Shown here: positions 8,070 to 15,308 of the stretch, piece after piece
Layout: each line of letters begins with the position of its first letter
Position numbering within the stretch: the stretch's first letter is position 1
UHGV virus genome: UHGV-0126007
Strand: one strand, 5' to 3'
From: a virus
DNA length: 21,383 nucleotides
Notes under the pieces: model-generated
What the model saw: the letters and a program-made list of their open reading frames with translations, nothing else
Databases searched by the model: none
Told to the model about the DNA's origin: nothing
Made by a program: the position numbers and the translations under genes

Positions 8070-8333
8070 TTAGTTTGTTTTAGCTTTGTCATGCTGGTCG
8101 CGAATGAAGTCAGCCAATTTAAGCATCAATTCTTCGGGCATTCTAATGGTTGCAATGTTGTACTTTATGTTCTCAACATCGTCACTTTCATCAACAGGCC
8201 ATTCAGTTACATTATGAAAAAAAGAAATTGAACCTAGGCGCTGAGAGCCGTCACCAAACGAAGAGTAGCCAAACGCGTCGGCGTATGCATCGACACAGTT
8301 ATTTGATTTTTTAACAAGTGTTTTATTACTCAT
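8070..8333 (-). CDS. Hypothetical small soluble protein, 87 aa (rex-position cargo gene A)
   Basis: ORF directly downstream of cI on the same strand and 12 nt upstream of gene B; AT-rich; no recognisable family. Confidence 0.45.
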   Translation of the reverse strand: MSNKTLVKKSNNCVDAYADAFGYSSFGDGSQRLGSISFFHNVTEWPVDESDDVENIKYNIATIRMPEELMLKLADFIRDQHDKAKTN

Positions 8334-8415
8334 TTTTTGCCTTTCCCGTAATGTTATTTTTTATAAGGTATTTTCTTCAGCGTATTACCCAAAAGCCTCA
8401 TCAACACGCGGCTGA

Positions 8416-9105
8416 TTATCCGTGTTTTCTGTACGTCTGCGGCATGCTCCCAATAACCTTACCGAATATGAATACCCGGTTCATCTCGTCTTTCTCGATC
8501 GGGTCCCACGGTGAGTAGCTCTTGTTATCAGAGATAACCAGTAGCTTATCCTTCATCATTTGCAGGCGCTTTACATGGGCGGTGTCGTCATACAGAAACG
8601 CATAGATGCCATCACCGTCGAAAGATTTAACAGTGATATCAACGAACAGCAGGTCACCTGGTTCGATCGTCCCTGACATGCTGTCACCTCGCACGTTAAT
8701 GATGCGGATATTTTCCGCCTTCCTGCCATCGAACATGTGACGAGCATCGTCAAACGAGTACTCAACCGAGCGTAGAACTTCTACAAACTCACGGTTGATT
8801 ACACCTGGCCCGGCACTGACTTCTATATCAAGAACGTCAATTTTGAAGTATTTGGAATGGCTGACAGTTGATTGTATTGGTTGCACTGTACTGTCTGACA
8901 TATTTCCAACGCCAGAAGATAACCATTCTGCGCGTACACCCAAAGCGTTCGCGATCTCCACGATTTTAGTTGTTTGGTTAGCTTTCCCTGTTTCGATTTT
9001 CTGAATAGCAGCCTGGCTAACCCCGACCAAATCCCCAAGCGCCTTTTGTGTAAGGCCTCGCGCTAATCTGGCTTCTTTAAGTCTTTCTGAGAGTGTTGTT
9101 TTCAT
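8416..9105 (-). CDS. CI-like prophage repressor (N-terminal XRE-type HTH, C-terminal S24/LexA-like autopeptidase domain), 229 aa
   Basis: HTH region LTQKALGDLVGVSQAAIQKIETGK; C-terminal domain with the S24 nucleophile motif (NVRGDSMSGTI) and downstream Lys (HVKRL); divergent from a Cro-like gene across an operator region. Confidence 0.85.
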   Translation of the reverse strand: MKTTLSERLKEARLARGLTQKALGDLVGVSQAAIQKIETGKANQTTKIVEIANALGVRAEWLSSGVGNMSDSTVQPIQSTVSHSKYFKIDVLDIEVSAGPGVINREFVEVLRSVEYSFDDARHMFDGRKAENIRIINVRGDSMSGTIEPGDLLFVDITVKSFDGDGIYAFLYDDTAHVKRLQMMKDKLLVISDNKSYSPWDPIEKDEMNRVFIFGKVIGSMPQTYRKHG

Positions 9106-9209
9106 AGATCAAATGTACAACCAAGGTTTTATTTCATCAAACGAAAATGGTTGTTGACTAAAAACAACCATAGTTTTAATCTTGATTCGGATTAACCACG
9201 GAGGTTGTT
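9106..9209. promoter_or_regulatory. OR region: divergent PRM/PR promoters with operators
   Basis: PR: -35 TTGACT (9154-9159), 17-nt spacer, -10 TAATCT (9177-9182). Operator with 9-bp inverted repeat ATGGTTGTT-N7-AACAACCAT (9147-9171) overlapping the -35; SD GGAGG before cro. Confidence 0.65.
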
Positions 9210-9440
9210 ATGAACCCAGCAATCAAAACAGCGATCAATATCGTTGGTTCACAAAAGAAACTAGGCGATGCCTGCGAAGTTTCACAGCAGGCCGTCTATA
9301 AGTGGCTTCACAACAAAGCAAAGGTATCCCCTGAACATGTCGGCAGCATTGTTACGGCTACTGGTGGAGTTGTGAAGGCATACCAGATTCGCCCGGATCT
9401 TCCGAAGTTGTTTCCACACACCGAAAAGAACGCAGCTTAA
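9210..9440 (+). CDS. Cro-like HTH regulator (Cro/YdaS-type), 76 aa
   Basis: Small HTH protein (GDACEVSQQAVYKWL) transcribed divergently from the repressor from the PR-like promoter. Confidence 0.7.
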   Translation: MNPAIKTAINIVGSQKKLGDACEVSQQAVYKWLHNKAKVSPEHVGSIVTATGGVVKAYQIRPDLPKLFPHTEKNAA

Positions 9441-9452
9441 ATTTCCATTTCA

Positions 9453-9465
9453 CGCTCTTTAACAA
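9453..9465 (+). promoter_or_regulatory. boxA-like antitermination element (CGCTCTTTAACAA) in the rightward early transcript
   Basis: Matches the boxA consensus CGCTCTT(T)A and, from recall, nearly the whole rrn boxA (GCTCTTTAACAA) 13 nt after the cro stop; no boxB-like hairpin follows. Confidence 0.5.
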
Positions 9466-9509
9466 TAAGCAATCAACTTAACAGTCAATTCAAACTAAAG
9501 GAGTCAATT

Positions 9510-10049
9510 ATGCAACCACTTACATACCAACAGACTAGCGGATTTATTCCGACTGCGGTGATAAATCGTTCTCAAACAAAACAAGCTCCAGGCCACGAAA
9601 AAATCCGTGATGCCGTCCGCGCCTGGTCGGCTGTAGATAATCAGGATGTCGTTGCCGCACTCATTGTGAATGAGTATCGGGAGCAGGGCGACGGCACCAT
9701 CGATTTCCCTGATGATGTCAGCCGTGCACGCCAGAAGCTGTTCCGCTTCCTCGATAACAAATTCGATTCTGAAAAATACCGAAATAACGTGCGTGAACTG
9801 ACCCCGGCAATTCTGGCGGTACTACCGCTGGAATATCGCGGTTACCTGGTTGAGCAGGATAGCTTCATGACTCGGTTGGCTGAAATGGAAAAGGAACTCA
9901 GTGAGGCAAAACAGGCTGTCATTCTCAACGCACCACGCCACCAGAAACTGAAGGAAATGAGTGAAGGTATTGTGTCGATGTTTCGTGTGGACCCGGATCT
10001 GGCTGGTCCATTAATGGCGATGGTGACCACCATGCTGGGGGCAATATGA
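9510..10049 (+). CDS. Protein in the cII position, 179 aa; possibly a YdaT-family CII analogue
   Basis: Gene order repressor / Cro-like / this ORF / replication genes. Segment TPAILAVLPLEYRGYLV is reminiscent of YdaT-family proteins (weak, memory-based). Not lambda CII. Confidence 0.3.
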   Translation: MQPLTYQQTSGFIPTAVINRSQTKQAPGHEKIRDAVRAWSAVDNQDVVAALIVNEYREQGDGTIDFPDDVSRARQKLFRFLDNKFDSEKYRNNVRELTPAILAVLPLEYRGYLVEQDSFMTRLAEMEKELSEAKQAVILNAPRHQKLKEMSEGIVSMFRVDPDLAGPLMAMVTTMLGAI

Positions 10050-10135
10050 CAGGTCCAGAAATGGCGAAAGTCGGTCTGCGGGAACAGAACCGACTTTCAG
10101 GTGCAAATCGTAACACACTCATTGCGGGAGGAATT

Positions 10136-11065
10136 ATGGCAAACACTGCTGAGATATTCAATTTTCCAGTGCCGGATGCGGCACAAAAGGAGCCGCGCGT
10201 GGCAGATCTCGATGATGGTTATACGCGCATTGCAAATGAGTTGCTGGAAGCTGTGATGCTGGCCGGATTAACACAGCACCAGCTTCTGGTCTTCCTGGCT
10301 GTCATGCGCAAAACATATGGCTTTAATAAAAAACTGGATTGGGTGAGCAACGAGCAACTTTCCGAGTTGACCGGGATATTGCCGCACAAGTGTTCTGCTG
10401 CAAAAAGTGTTCTGGTAAAGCGTGGGATTTTTATTCAGAGCGGGCGGAATATCGGCATTAATAATGTGGTCAGTGAATGGTCAACATTACCCGAATCAGG
10501 TAAGAAAAATAAAGTTTACCTGAAAGAGGTAAATTTACCTGAATCAGGTAAGAAAAGTTTACCCAAATCAGGTAAAGGCACTTACCCGAATCAGGTAAAC
10601 ACAAAAGACAAACTAACAAAAGACAATATAAAACCTTATTCGTCCGAGAATTCTGGCGAATACTCTGACCAGCCAGAAAACGACCTTCCTGTGGTGAAAC
10701 CGGATGCTGCGATTCAGAGCGGCAGCAAGTGGGGGACAGCAGAAGACCTGACCGCCGCAGAGTGGATGTTTGACATGGTGAAGACCATCGCGCCATCAGC
10801 CAGAAAACCGAATTTTGCAGGGTGGGCTAACGATATCCGCCTGATGCGTGAGCGTGACGGGCGTAACCACCGCGATATGTGTGTACTGTTCCGCTGGGCA
10901 TGCCAGGACAACTTCTGGTCCGGTAACGTGCTGAGTCCGGCCAAACTCCGCGACAAGTGGACCCAGCTCGAAATCAACCGAAACAAGCAACAGGCTGGCG
11001 TGACAGCCGGCAAACCAAAACTCGACCTGACGAACACTGACTGGATTTACGGGGTGGATTTATGA
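10136..11065 (+). CDS. O: Replication initiator O: non-lambda N-terminal origin-binding domain with lambda-type C-terminal P-interaction domain; the frame is open from 10046
   Basis: N-terminus MANTAEIFNF...VADLDDGYTRIANELLEA...RKTYGFNK follows the lambda O pattern but is divergent. C-terminus WANDIRLMRERDGRNHRDMCVLFRWACQDNFWSGNVLSPAKLRDKWTQLEINRNKQQAGV...DWIYGVDL matches lambda O. Start preferred at ATG 10136 with SD GGGAGGAA. Confidence 0.85.
   Translation: MANTAEIFNFPVPDAAQKEPRVADLDDGYTRIANELLEAVMLAGLTQHQLLVFLAVMRKTYGFNKKLDWVSNEQLSELTGILPHKCSAAKSVLVKRGIFIQSGRNIGINNVVSEWSTLPESGKKNKVYLKEVNLPESGKKSLPKSGKGTYPNQVNTKDKLTKDNIKPYSSENSGEYSDQPENDLPVVKPDAAIQSGSKWGTAEDLTAAEWMFDMVKTIAPSARKPNFAGWANDIRLMRERDGRNHRDMCVLFRWACQDNFWSGNVLSPAKLRDKWTQLEINRNKQQAGVTAGKPKLDLTNTDWIYGVDL
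10487..10640. repeat. ori: Replication origin inside the O gene: four to five ~18-bp iterons plus adjacent AT-rich region
   Basis: Direct repeats TTACCCGAATCAGGTAAG, TTTACCTGAATCAGGTAAG, TTTACCCAAATCAGGTAAA, CTTACCCGAATCAGGTAAA plus a degenerate copy, each with internal dyad TTACC...GGTAA, followed by ACAAAAGACAAACTAACAAAAGACAATATAAAACC; same layout as lambda ori. Confidence 0.85.
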
Positions 11066-11763
11066 AAAACATCGCCGCACAGATGGTTAACTTTGACCGT
11101 GAGCAGATGCGCCGGATCGCCAACAATATGCTGGAACAGTACGACGAAAAGCCGCAGGTACAGCAGGTAGCGCAGATCATCAACGGTGTGTTCAGCCAGT
11201 TACTGGCAACTTTCCCTGCGAGCCTGGCTAACCGGGATCAGAACGAACTGAACGAAATCCGCCGCCAGTGGGTTCTGGCTTTCCGGGAAAACGGGATCAC
11301 CACAATGGAACAGGTTAACGCAGGAATGCGCGTAGCCCGTCGGCAGAATCGACCATTCCTGCCATCACCCGGGCAGTTTGTTGCATGGTGCCGGGAAGAA
11401 GCATCCGTTATCGCCGGACTGCCAAACGTCAGCGAGCTGGTTGATATGGTTTACGAGTATTGCCGGAAGCGAGGCCTGTATCCGGATGCGGAGTCTTATC
11501 CGTGGAAATCAAACGCGCACTACTGGCTGGTTACCAACCTGTATCAGAACATGCGGGCCAATGCGTTGACTGACGCGGAATTACGGCGCAAGGCTGCCGA
11601 TGAACTGTCCTGTATGACCGCACGAATTAACCGTGGTGAGGCTATACCTGAACCAGTAAAACAACTTCCTGTCATGGGCGGTAGACCACTTAACCGGGCT
11701 CAGGCTCTGGCGAAGATCGCAGAAATCAAAGCTAAGTTCGGACTGAAAGGAGCCAGTGTATGA
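11062..11763 (+). CDS. P: Lambda P replication protein (DnaB helicase loader), 233 aa
   Basis: MKNIAAQMVNFDREQMRRIANNMLEQYDEKPQVQQVAQIINGVFSQLLATFPASLANRDQNELNEIRRQW...AKFGLKGASV matches lambda P; start overlaps O stop. Confidence 0.95.
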   Translation: MKNIAAQMVNFDREQMRRIANNMLEQYDEKPQVQQVAQIINGVFSQLLATFPASLANRDQNELNEIRRQWVLAFRENGITTMEQVNAGMRVARRQNRPFLPSPGQFVAWCREEASVIAGLPNVSELVDMVYEYCRKRGLYPDAESYPWKSNAHYWLVTNLYQNMRANALTDAELRRKAADELSCMTARINRGEAIPEPVKQLPVMGGRPLNRAQALAKIAEIKAKFGLKGASV

Positions 11764-12053
11764 CAGGCAAAGAGGCAATTCTTCACTACCTGAAAACGCA
11801 CCGGACTTTCTGCGCGCCGGATGTAGCTGCGGCAACAGGCGCAACAGTAACCAGCATAAATCAGGCTGCGGCTAAAATGGCGCGGGCAGGAATCTTGGTC
11901 ATTGATGGTAAGGTCTGGCGAACGGTGTATTACAGATTCGCTACCAGGGAAGAACGGGAAGGAAAGGTGAGCACTAACCTGATTTTTAAGGAGTGTCGCC
12001 AGAGTGCCGCGATGAAGCGGGTGTTGATGGTTTGGGGGAGGGTAGGGGTATGA
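11760..12053 (+). CDS. ren: Lambda Ren, 97 aa
   Basis: MTGKEAILHYLKTHRTFCAPDVAAATGATVTSINQAAAKMARAGILVIDGKVWRTVYYRFATREEREGK... closely matches lambda Ren from recall. Confidence 0.85.
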   Translation: MTGKEAILHYLKTHRTFCAPDVAAATGATVTSINQAAAKMARAGILVIDGKVWRTVYYRFATREEREGKVSTNLIFKECRQSAAMKRVLMVWGRVGV

Positions 12054-12250
12054 GCATGATGGATTTCGCAGAAACTAAAAAGGCTATCGACGCCATCACA
12101 ACCGACTGGTCTATCCGAGGACCGTATCACGAAGACGACGGGAAATATTACGCCTTGCTTCGTGGAGAGTGGGTTGGTGGCGGGTATATCGGAAAACGGA
12201 AAGCCCTTGATGCCATTCTCGAAAAGTTAATCCAGGAGGCCGCCCAATGA
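12050..12250 (+). CDS. Hypothetical nin-region protein, 66 aa
   Basis: ATG at 12050 overlaps the ren stop (ATGA); the ORF continues in frame to 12250 and its stop overlaps the next start. Confidence 0.4.
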   Translation: MSMMDFAETKKAIDAITTDWSIRGPYHEDDGKYYALLRGEWVGGGYIGKRKALDAILEKLIQEAAQ

Positions 12251-12477
12251 GCAACATCGACAAACCAATGACAAACCGTGAACTGGTGGATGCCGCCATT
12301 GAATTGGCCGGAGAGTTTTATGCGATGCAGGGCTATTCGCATCGTCCTGGCTTCAAGTATTGGCAATCTCCGCACCCGCATGAGCGCCTGTGCTTTGAAA
12401 TGGCTTGCGTGGCATTCGAAACCATTCGCGGCTCAGATGTAATGGACGCCGTATCTGAGTTGGAGGATGAAGAATGA
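12247..12477 (+). CDS. Hypothetical protein, 76 aa (starts MSNIDK, as does the next gene)
   Basis: Translationally coupled ORF (ATGA overlaps at both ends); shares the N-terminal MSNIDK with the downstream Ead/Ea22-like ORF. Confidence 0.45.
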   Translation: MSNIDKPMTNRELVDAAIELAGEFYAMQGYSHRPGFKYWQSPHPHERLCFEMACVAFETIRGSDVMDAVSELEDEE

Positions 12478-12887
12478 GCAACATCGACAAACGCGCATTA
12501 CGTGAAATCGCTGAGGCAGCAGTTGGTGCGCATGAGCGCCTTAGTGTTATGCCGCCTGATGACATTTTCGATATCTCACTGGCAGAAGGAACTCAGCTTG
12601 ATGCAGATATCACTGCCTTGAACGCGCTGAACTCCGCAGCCAACCCAGCCACAGTGCTGGCGCTGCTGGATGAGCTGGAAGCCAAAGACCAGAGGATTGC
12701 TGTGCTGACCGAATCGCTCAAGCAGACGGTTTCAGGATACAAATCCTGCCTGCGTACCGGACATGAGCGCATTCTTGACCTTGGCGGTGACTGTGACGCG
12801 CCAGAAGTGATGATTGCAGGCAATCCTGACATTCAGCAGGCGCAGAAGCTGATCGCCGCCGCATCCGGTAAAGGAGAGGCATCATGA
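12474..12887 (+). CDS. Ead/Ea22-like family protein, 137 aa (paralogue of 3658-4065)
   Basis: Contains SAANPATVLALLDELEAKDQRIAVLTESL, matching the motif in the minus-strand ORF at 3658-4065. Confidence 0.5.
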   Translation: MSNIDKRALREIAEAAVGAHERLSVMPPDDIFDISLAEGTQLDADITALNALNSAANPATVLALLDELEAKDQRIAVLTESLKQTVSGYKSCLRTGHERILDLGGDCDAPEVMIAGNPDIQQAQKLIAAASGKGEAS

Positions 12888-13690
12888 GCACTATTACCAA
12901 ACAATGGCTGCAGCAGAAAATTGCCGACATGGAAGCAGCCAGAGATGAAATCCCGTTCGGTCTGGACGAAGGCGACAGCAACACGCTGGCGGCACTGCGT
13001 ATCGCGCTGGCATCGCTCGAAGCGGAGCCTGCCATTCACCGGTGGCGTCGTGTGACCTCTGAGCCATACGGCCCCTATCCTTGGCATTATGGTGATTTTA
13101 TCGGCTTCTCAAAGCCCGTTGATGGGATTGAGGATGAGTATTTTTACTCCGCCCCGCCAGAGCCAGCCAATGCCGAAACCGTAGCCTGGCTGTGGTCACA
13201 CAGGAAACACCCGAGCGAAGTCACGCTTGTTCGCCCTGAAGATGATGAGAGAGCGGAGGGTGCTCACTGGTCTGGCTGGAGTTGTCAGGCGCTTTATGCA
13301 GCACCGCCAGTTCCGGTATCTGTGCCCACATTCGAGAAATGGTGTGAGTTGACTGAGCAGAAACCTGTCGGATGGGTGCGTGATGCTATGAAAGAAGCGT
13401 ATGACGGATGCCGCGACGCCATGCTTCAGGGTGCCGAAAAAGCCGAGTCGCCCACCACCATGCAGACCGCGCCAGCCCTAGATTCTTCGCCAAAAATTTC
13501 CGAGTCGCCCGTCAGCAACTCTCCGGTGATTCCGGATGGTTGGGTGCTGGTTCCTAAGGAGCCAACTCCAGAAATGCGTGAGGCGTACCATCAGGCGCAG
13601 GAAGAGTGTGAAGATGGCGGTAGATTATGGAGCCCAGACCACCAATGGAAGGCCATGATCGCAGCAGCACCGCAGCAGGAGGCGAAGTGA
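12884..13690 (+). CDS. Lambdoid accessory protein, 268 aa; shares N-terminal and NSPVIPDGW segments with 2093-2890
   Basis: N-terminus MSTITKQWL...LAALRIALASLEAE parallels MTTITKERI...ELARIALASLEREL of the minus-strand protein; shared NSPVIPDGW; C-terminal VPKEPTPEMREAYHQAQ...WKAMIAAAP. Confidence 0.5.
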   Translation: MSTITKQWLQQKIADMEAARDEIPFGLDEGDSNTLAALRIALASLEAEPAIHRWRRVTSEPYGPYPWHYGDFIGFSKPVDGIEDEYFYSAPPEPANAETVAWLWSHRKHPSEVTLVRPEDDERAEGAHWSGWSCQALYAAPPVPVSVPTFEKWCELTEQKPVGWVRDAMKEAYDGCRDAMLQGAEKAESPTTMQTAPALDSSPKISESPVSNSPVIPDGWVLVPKEPTPEMREAYHQAQEECEDGGRLWSPDHQWKAMIAAAPQQEAK

Positions 13691-13741
13691 TTATGTCGTG
13701 ACAGCATAATTGCGATGTCAACGATAAGCAGAGGTTTGAAA

Positions 13742-13936
13742 ATGAAATCACAATCACCAGTGCAGCATGAAGTTAACATCGACGGCAAAGAGTATGTTGT
13801 CACAGTAGTCCAAACCGGCAAGTCAACGTGGAGGGCATGGGGAGATTCCTGGGGGCGCCATATAGTCGAAACAGGTTCTAGCGAACATAGCGCGCTTTCT
13901 CATTGGAAAGCAAAAGCTTTAGTTATGAATGGGTAG
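13742..13936 (+). CDS. Hypothetical small protein, about 64 aa (the frame is open from 13715)
   Basis: ORF with SD-like AGAGG about 9 nt upstream of ATG 13742; no recognisable family. Confidence 0.35.
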   Translation: MKSQSPVQHEVNIDGKEYVVTVVQTGKSTWRAWGDSWGRHIVETGSSEHSALSHWKAKALVMNG

Positions 13937-13949
13937 CGCGGAAACTTTG

Positions 13950-13985
13950 AAGGTATAATCCCCTCAAATAATCGAGGGGGTTTTT
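13950..13985 (+). promoter_or_regulatory. Hairpin (CCCCTC...GAGGGGG + T-run) immediately upstream of the moron start codon, with a TATAAT hexamer just upstream
   Basis: TATAAT at 13953-13958, then stem CCCCTC / GAGGGG with 8-nt loop and TTTTT running into the ATG at 13986; the 3' arm GAGGGGG doubles as the likely Shine-Dalgarno. Confidence 0.45.
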
Positions 13986-14495
13986 ATGTCTGGTTGGGAT
14001 AACGGTATAGATGCAGTTTCTGCGATTGCAGCTATCGCATCTGCGGTAGCAACTTATTTAGCATGGCGATCCTCAGAAGCTAGCAGGGCCACATCCGAAA
14101 AAGCTTTGCAGTTGCAAGGAAAGCAGTATTTGTACGAGACATTAAAAGCTTGCGCTGAGAGAGCGAATTCATACTCAAAAGGAAAGAAAGGGGCTGACTG
14201 GAGCTTTCATGACGCAGCCAATATTGTTCGATGTTTGAACATGGCAATGGGGAGCATAATAAATTACTCAGATACCAACAATCAGGATGCAATGAAAGGT
14301 CTGAAGCAATTCTTTATTAGTCAATTAAACATGGAGCTTTTTGAAGAGCTCAACTATGAGGTTGGGCCTGATGCCTTCTTTCACGGAGAGGAGCTAACCA
14401 GCATGACGAGCGATATTTACTCGCAGTGGTTAAACATTATTTCATTCTTTAACCTCATGATTGTCACAGATGATGACCTCGCCGATGAAACATAG
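13986..14495 (+). CDS. Membrane-anchored protein of unknown function, 169 aa (AT-rich moron in nin region)
   Basis: N-terminal hydrophobic helix (AVSAIAAIASAVATYLAW) followed by about 140 aa of soluble domain; composition visibly more AT-rich than flanking genes; bracketed by a hairpin upstream and a 187-bp non-coding spacer downstream. Confidence 0.55.
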   Translation: MSGWDNGIDAVSAIAAIASAVATYLAWRSSEASRATSEKALQLQGKQYLYETLKACAERANSYSKGKKGADWSFHDAANIVRCLNMAMGSIINYSDTNNQDAMKGLKQFFISQLNMELFEELNYEVGPDAFFHGEELTSMTSDIYSQWLNIISFFNLMIVTDDDLADET

Positions 14496-14682
14496 CTTGA
14501 TTGATTTTCCATAATCAACCCGCCATAATCATGTCATCGGAGCCTGAACAACTCCGGTGACTTCTGCGCTAAACGGGGACGTTTATGCGCACATACAATC
14601 CAAACTCACTTCTCCCGTCACAGATGCAGAAATGCACCTGCGATTTTTTGTATTCTGCGTTTTACCTCTACGGAGGTGAAGC

Positions 14683-15138
14683 GTGAACCTCCCACAAGAC
14701 GGCATCAAACTACATCGCGGCAACTTCACCGCTATCGGCCAGCAGATCCAGCCTTATCTGGAGGACGGAAAATGCTTTCGCATGGTGCTTAAACCGTGGC
14801 GTGAGAAACGCAGTCTTTCCCAGAATGCACTCAGCCACATGTGGTACAGCGAAATCAGTGAATACCTCATCAGCAGGGGTAAAACGTTCGCCACTCCAGC
14901 TTGGGTAAAAGATGCTCTCAAACACACATATCTCGGTTATGAAACCAAAGACCTGGTTGATGTCGTAACCGGTGATATCACCACTATCCAGTCGTTACGC
15001 CATACCTCCGACCTTGATACCGGAGAGATGTATGTCTTCCTGTGTAAGGTTGAAGCCTGGGCGATGAATATTGGCTGCCACCTGACTATTCCGCAGAGCT
15101 GCGAGTTCCAGCTGCTGCGTGATAAGCAGGAGGCGTAA
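14683..15138 (+). CDS. ybcN: YbcN-like protein (DUF1367, DLP12 ybcN homologue), 151 aa, GTG start
   Basis: [55 protein letters not shown]... recalled as DLP12 YbcN; SD GGAGG upstream of the GTG. Confidence 0.7.
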   Translation: MNLPQDGIKLHRGNFTAIGQQIQPYLEDGKCFRMVLKPWREKRSLSQNALSHMWYSEISEYLISRGKTFATPAWVKDALKHTYLGYETKDLVDVVTGDITTIQSLRHTSDLDTGEMYVFLCKVEAWAMNIGCHLTIPQSCEFQLLRDKQEA

Positions 15139-15308
15139 TGGCTACACCGCTTATTCGTGTCATGAACGGACACATCTACAAAGTACCAAATCGTCGTAAG
15201 CGTAAGCCTGAGCTGAAACCATCCGAAATACCAACACTGCTCGGATATACCGCCAGCCTGGTTGATAAAAAATGGTTGCGACTGGCAGCTAGGAGGAATC
15301 ATGGCTGA
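15138..15308 (+). CDS. ninE: NinE-family small protein, 56 aa (below the ORF-track size cutoff)
   Basis: Hand translation from ATG 15138 (overlapping the ybcN stop): [56 protein letters not shown]; basic, NinE-like; its stop overlaps the ybcO start. Confidence 0.6.
   Translation: MATPLIRVMNGHIYKVPNRRKRKPELKPSEIPTLLGYTASLVDKKWLRLAARRNHG

Noticed and set aside
10487-10600. Iteron array considered as a possible CRISPR array or coding tandem repeat
   Set aside because: Repeats are about 18 bp with internal dyad symmetry, contiguous without unique spacers, lie inside the O gene and are followed by an AT-rich stretch: a lambda-type origin, not a CRISPR array.
10470-11183. Minus-strand ORFs (10470-10796, 10714-11037, 10796-10990, 10974-11183) inside O and P
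   Set aside because: Antisense to lambda-matching O C-terminus and P; partly generated by the iteron repeats; no independent support.
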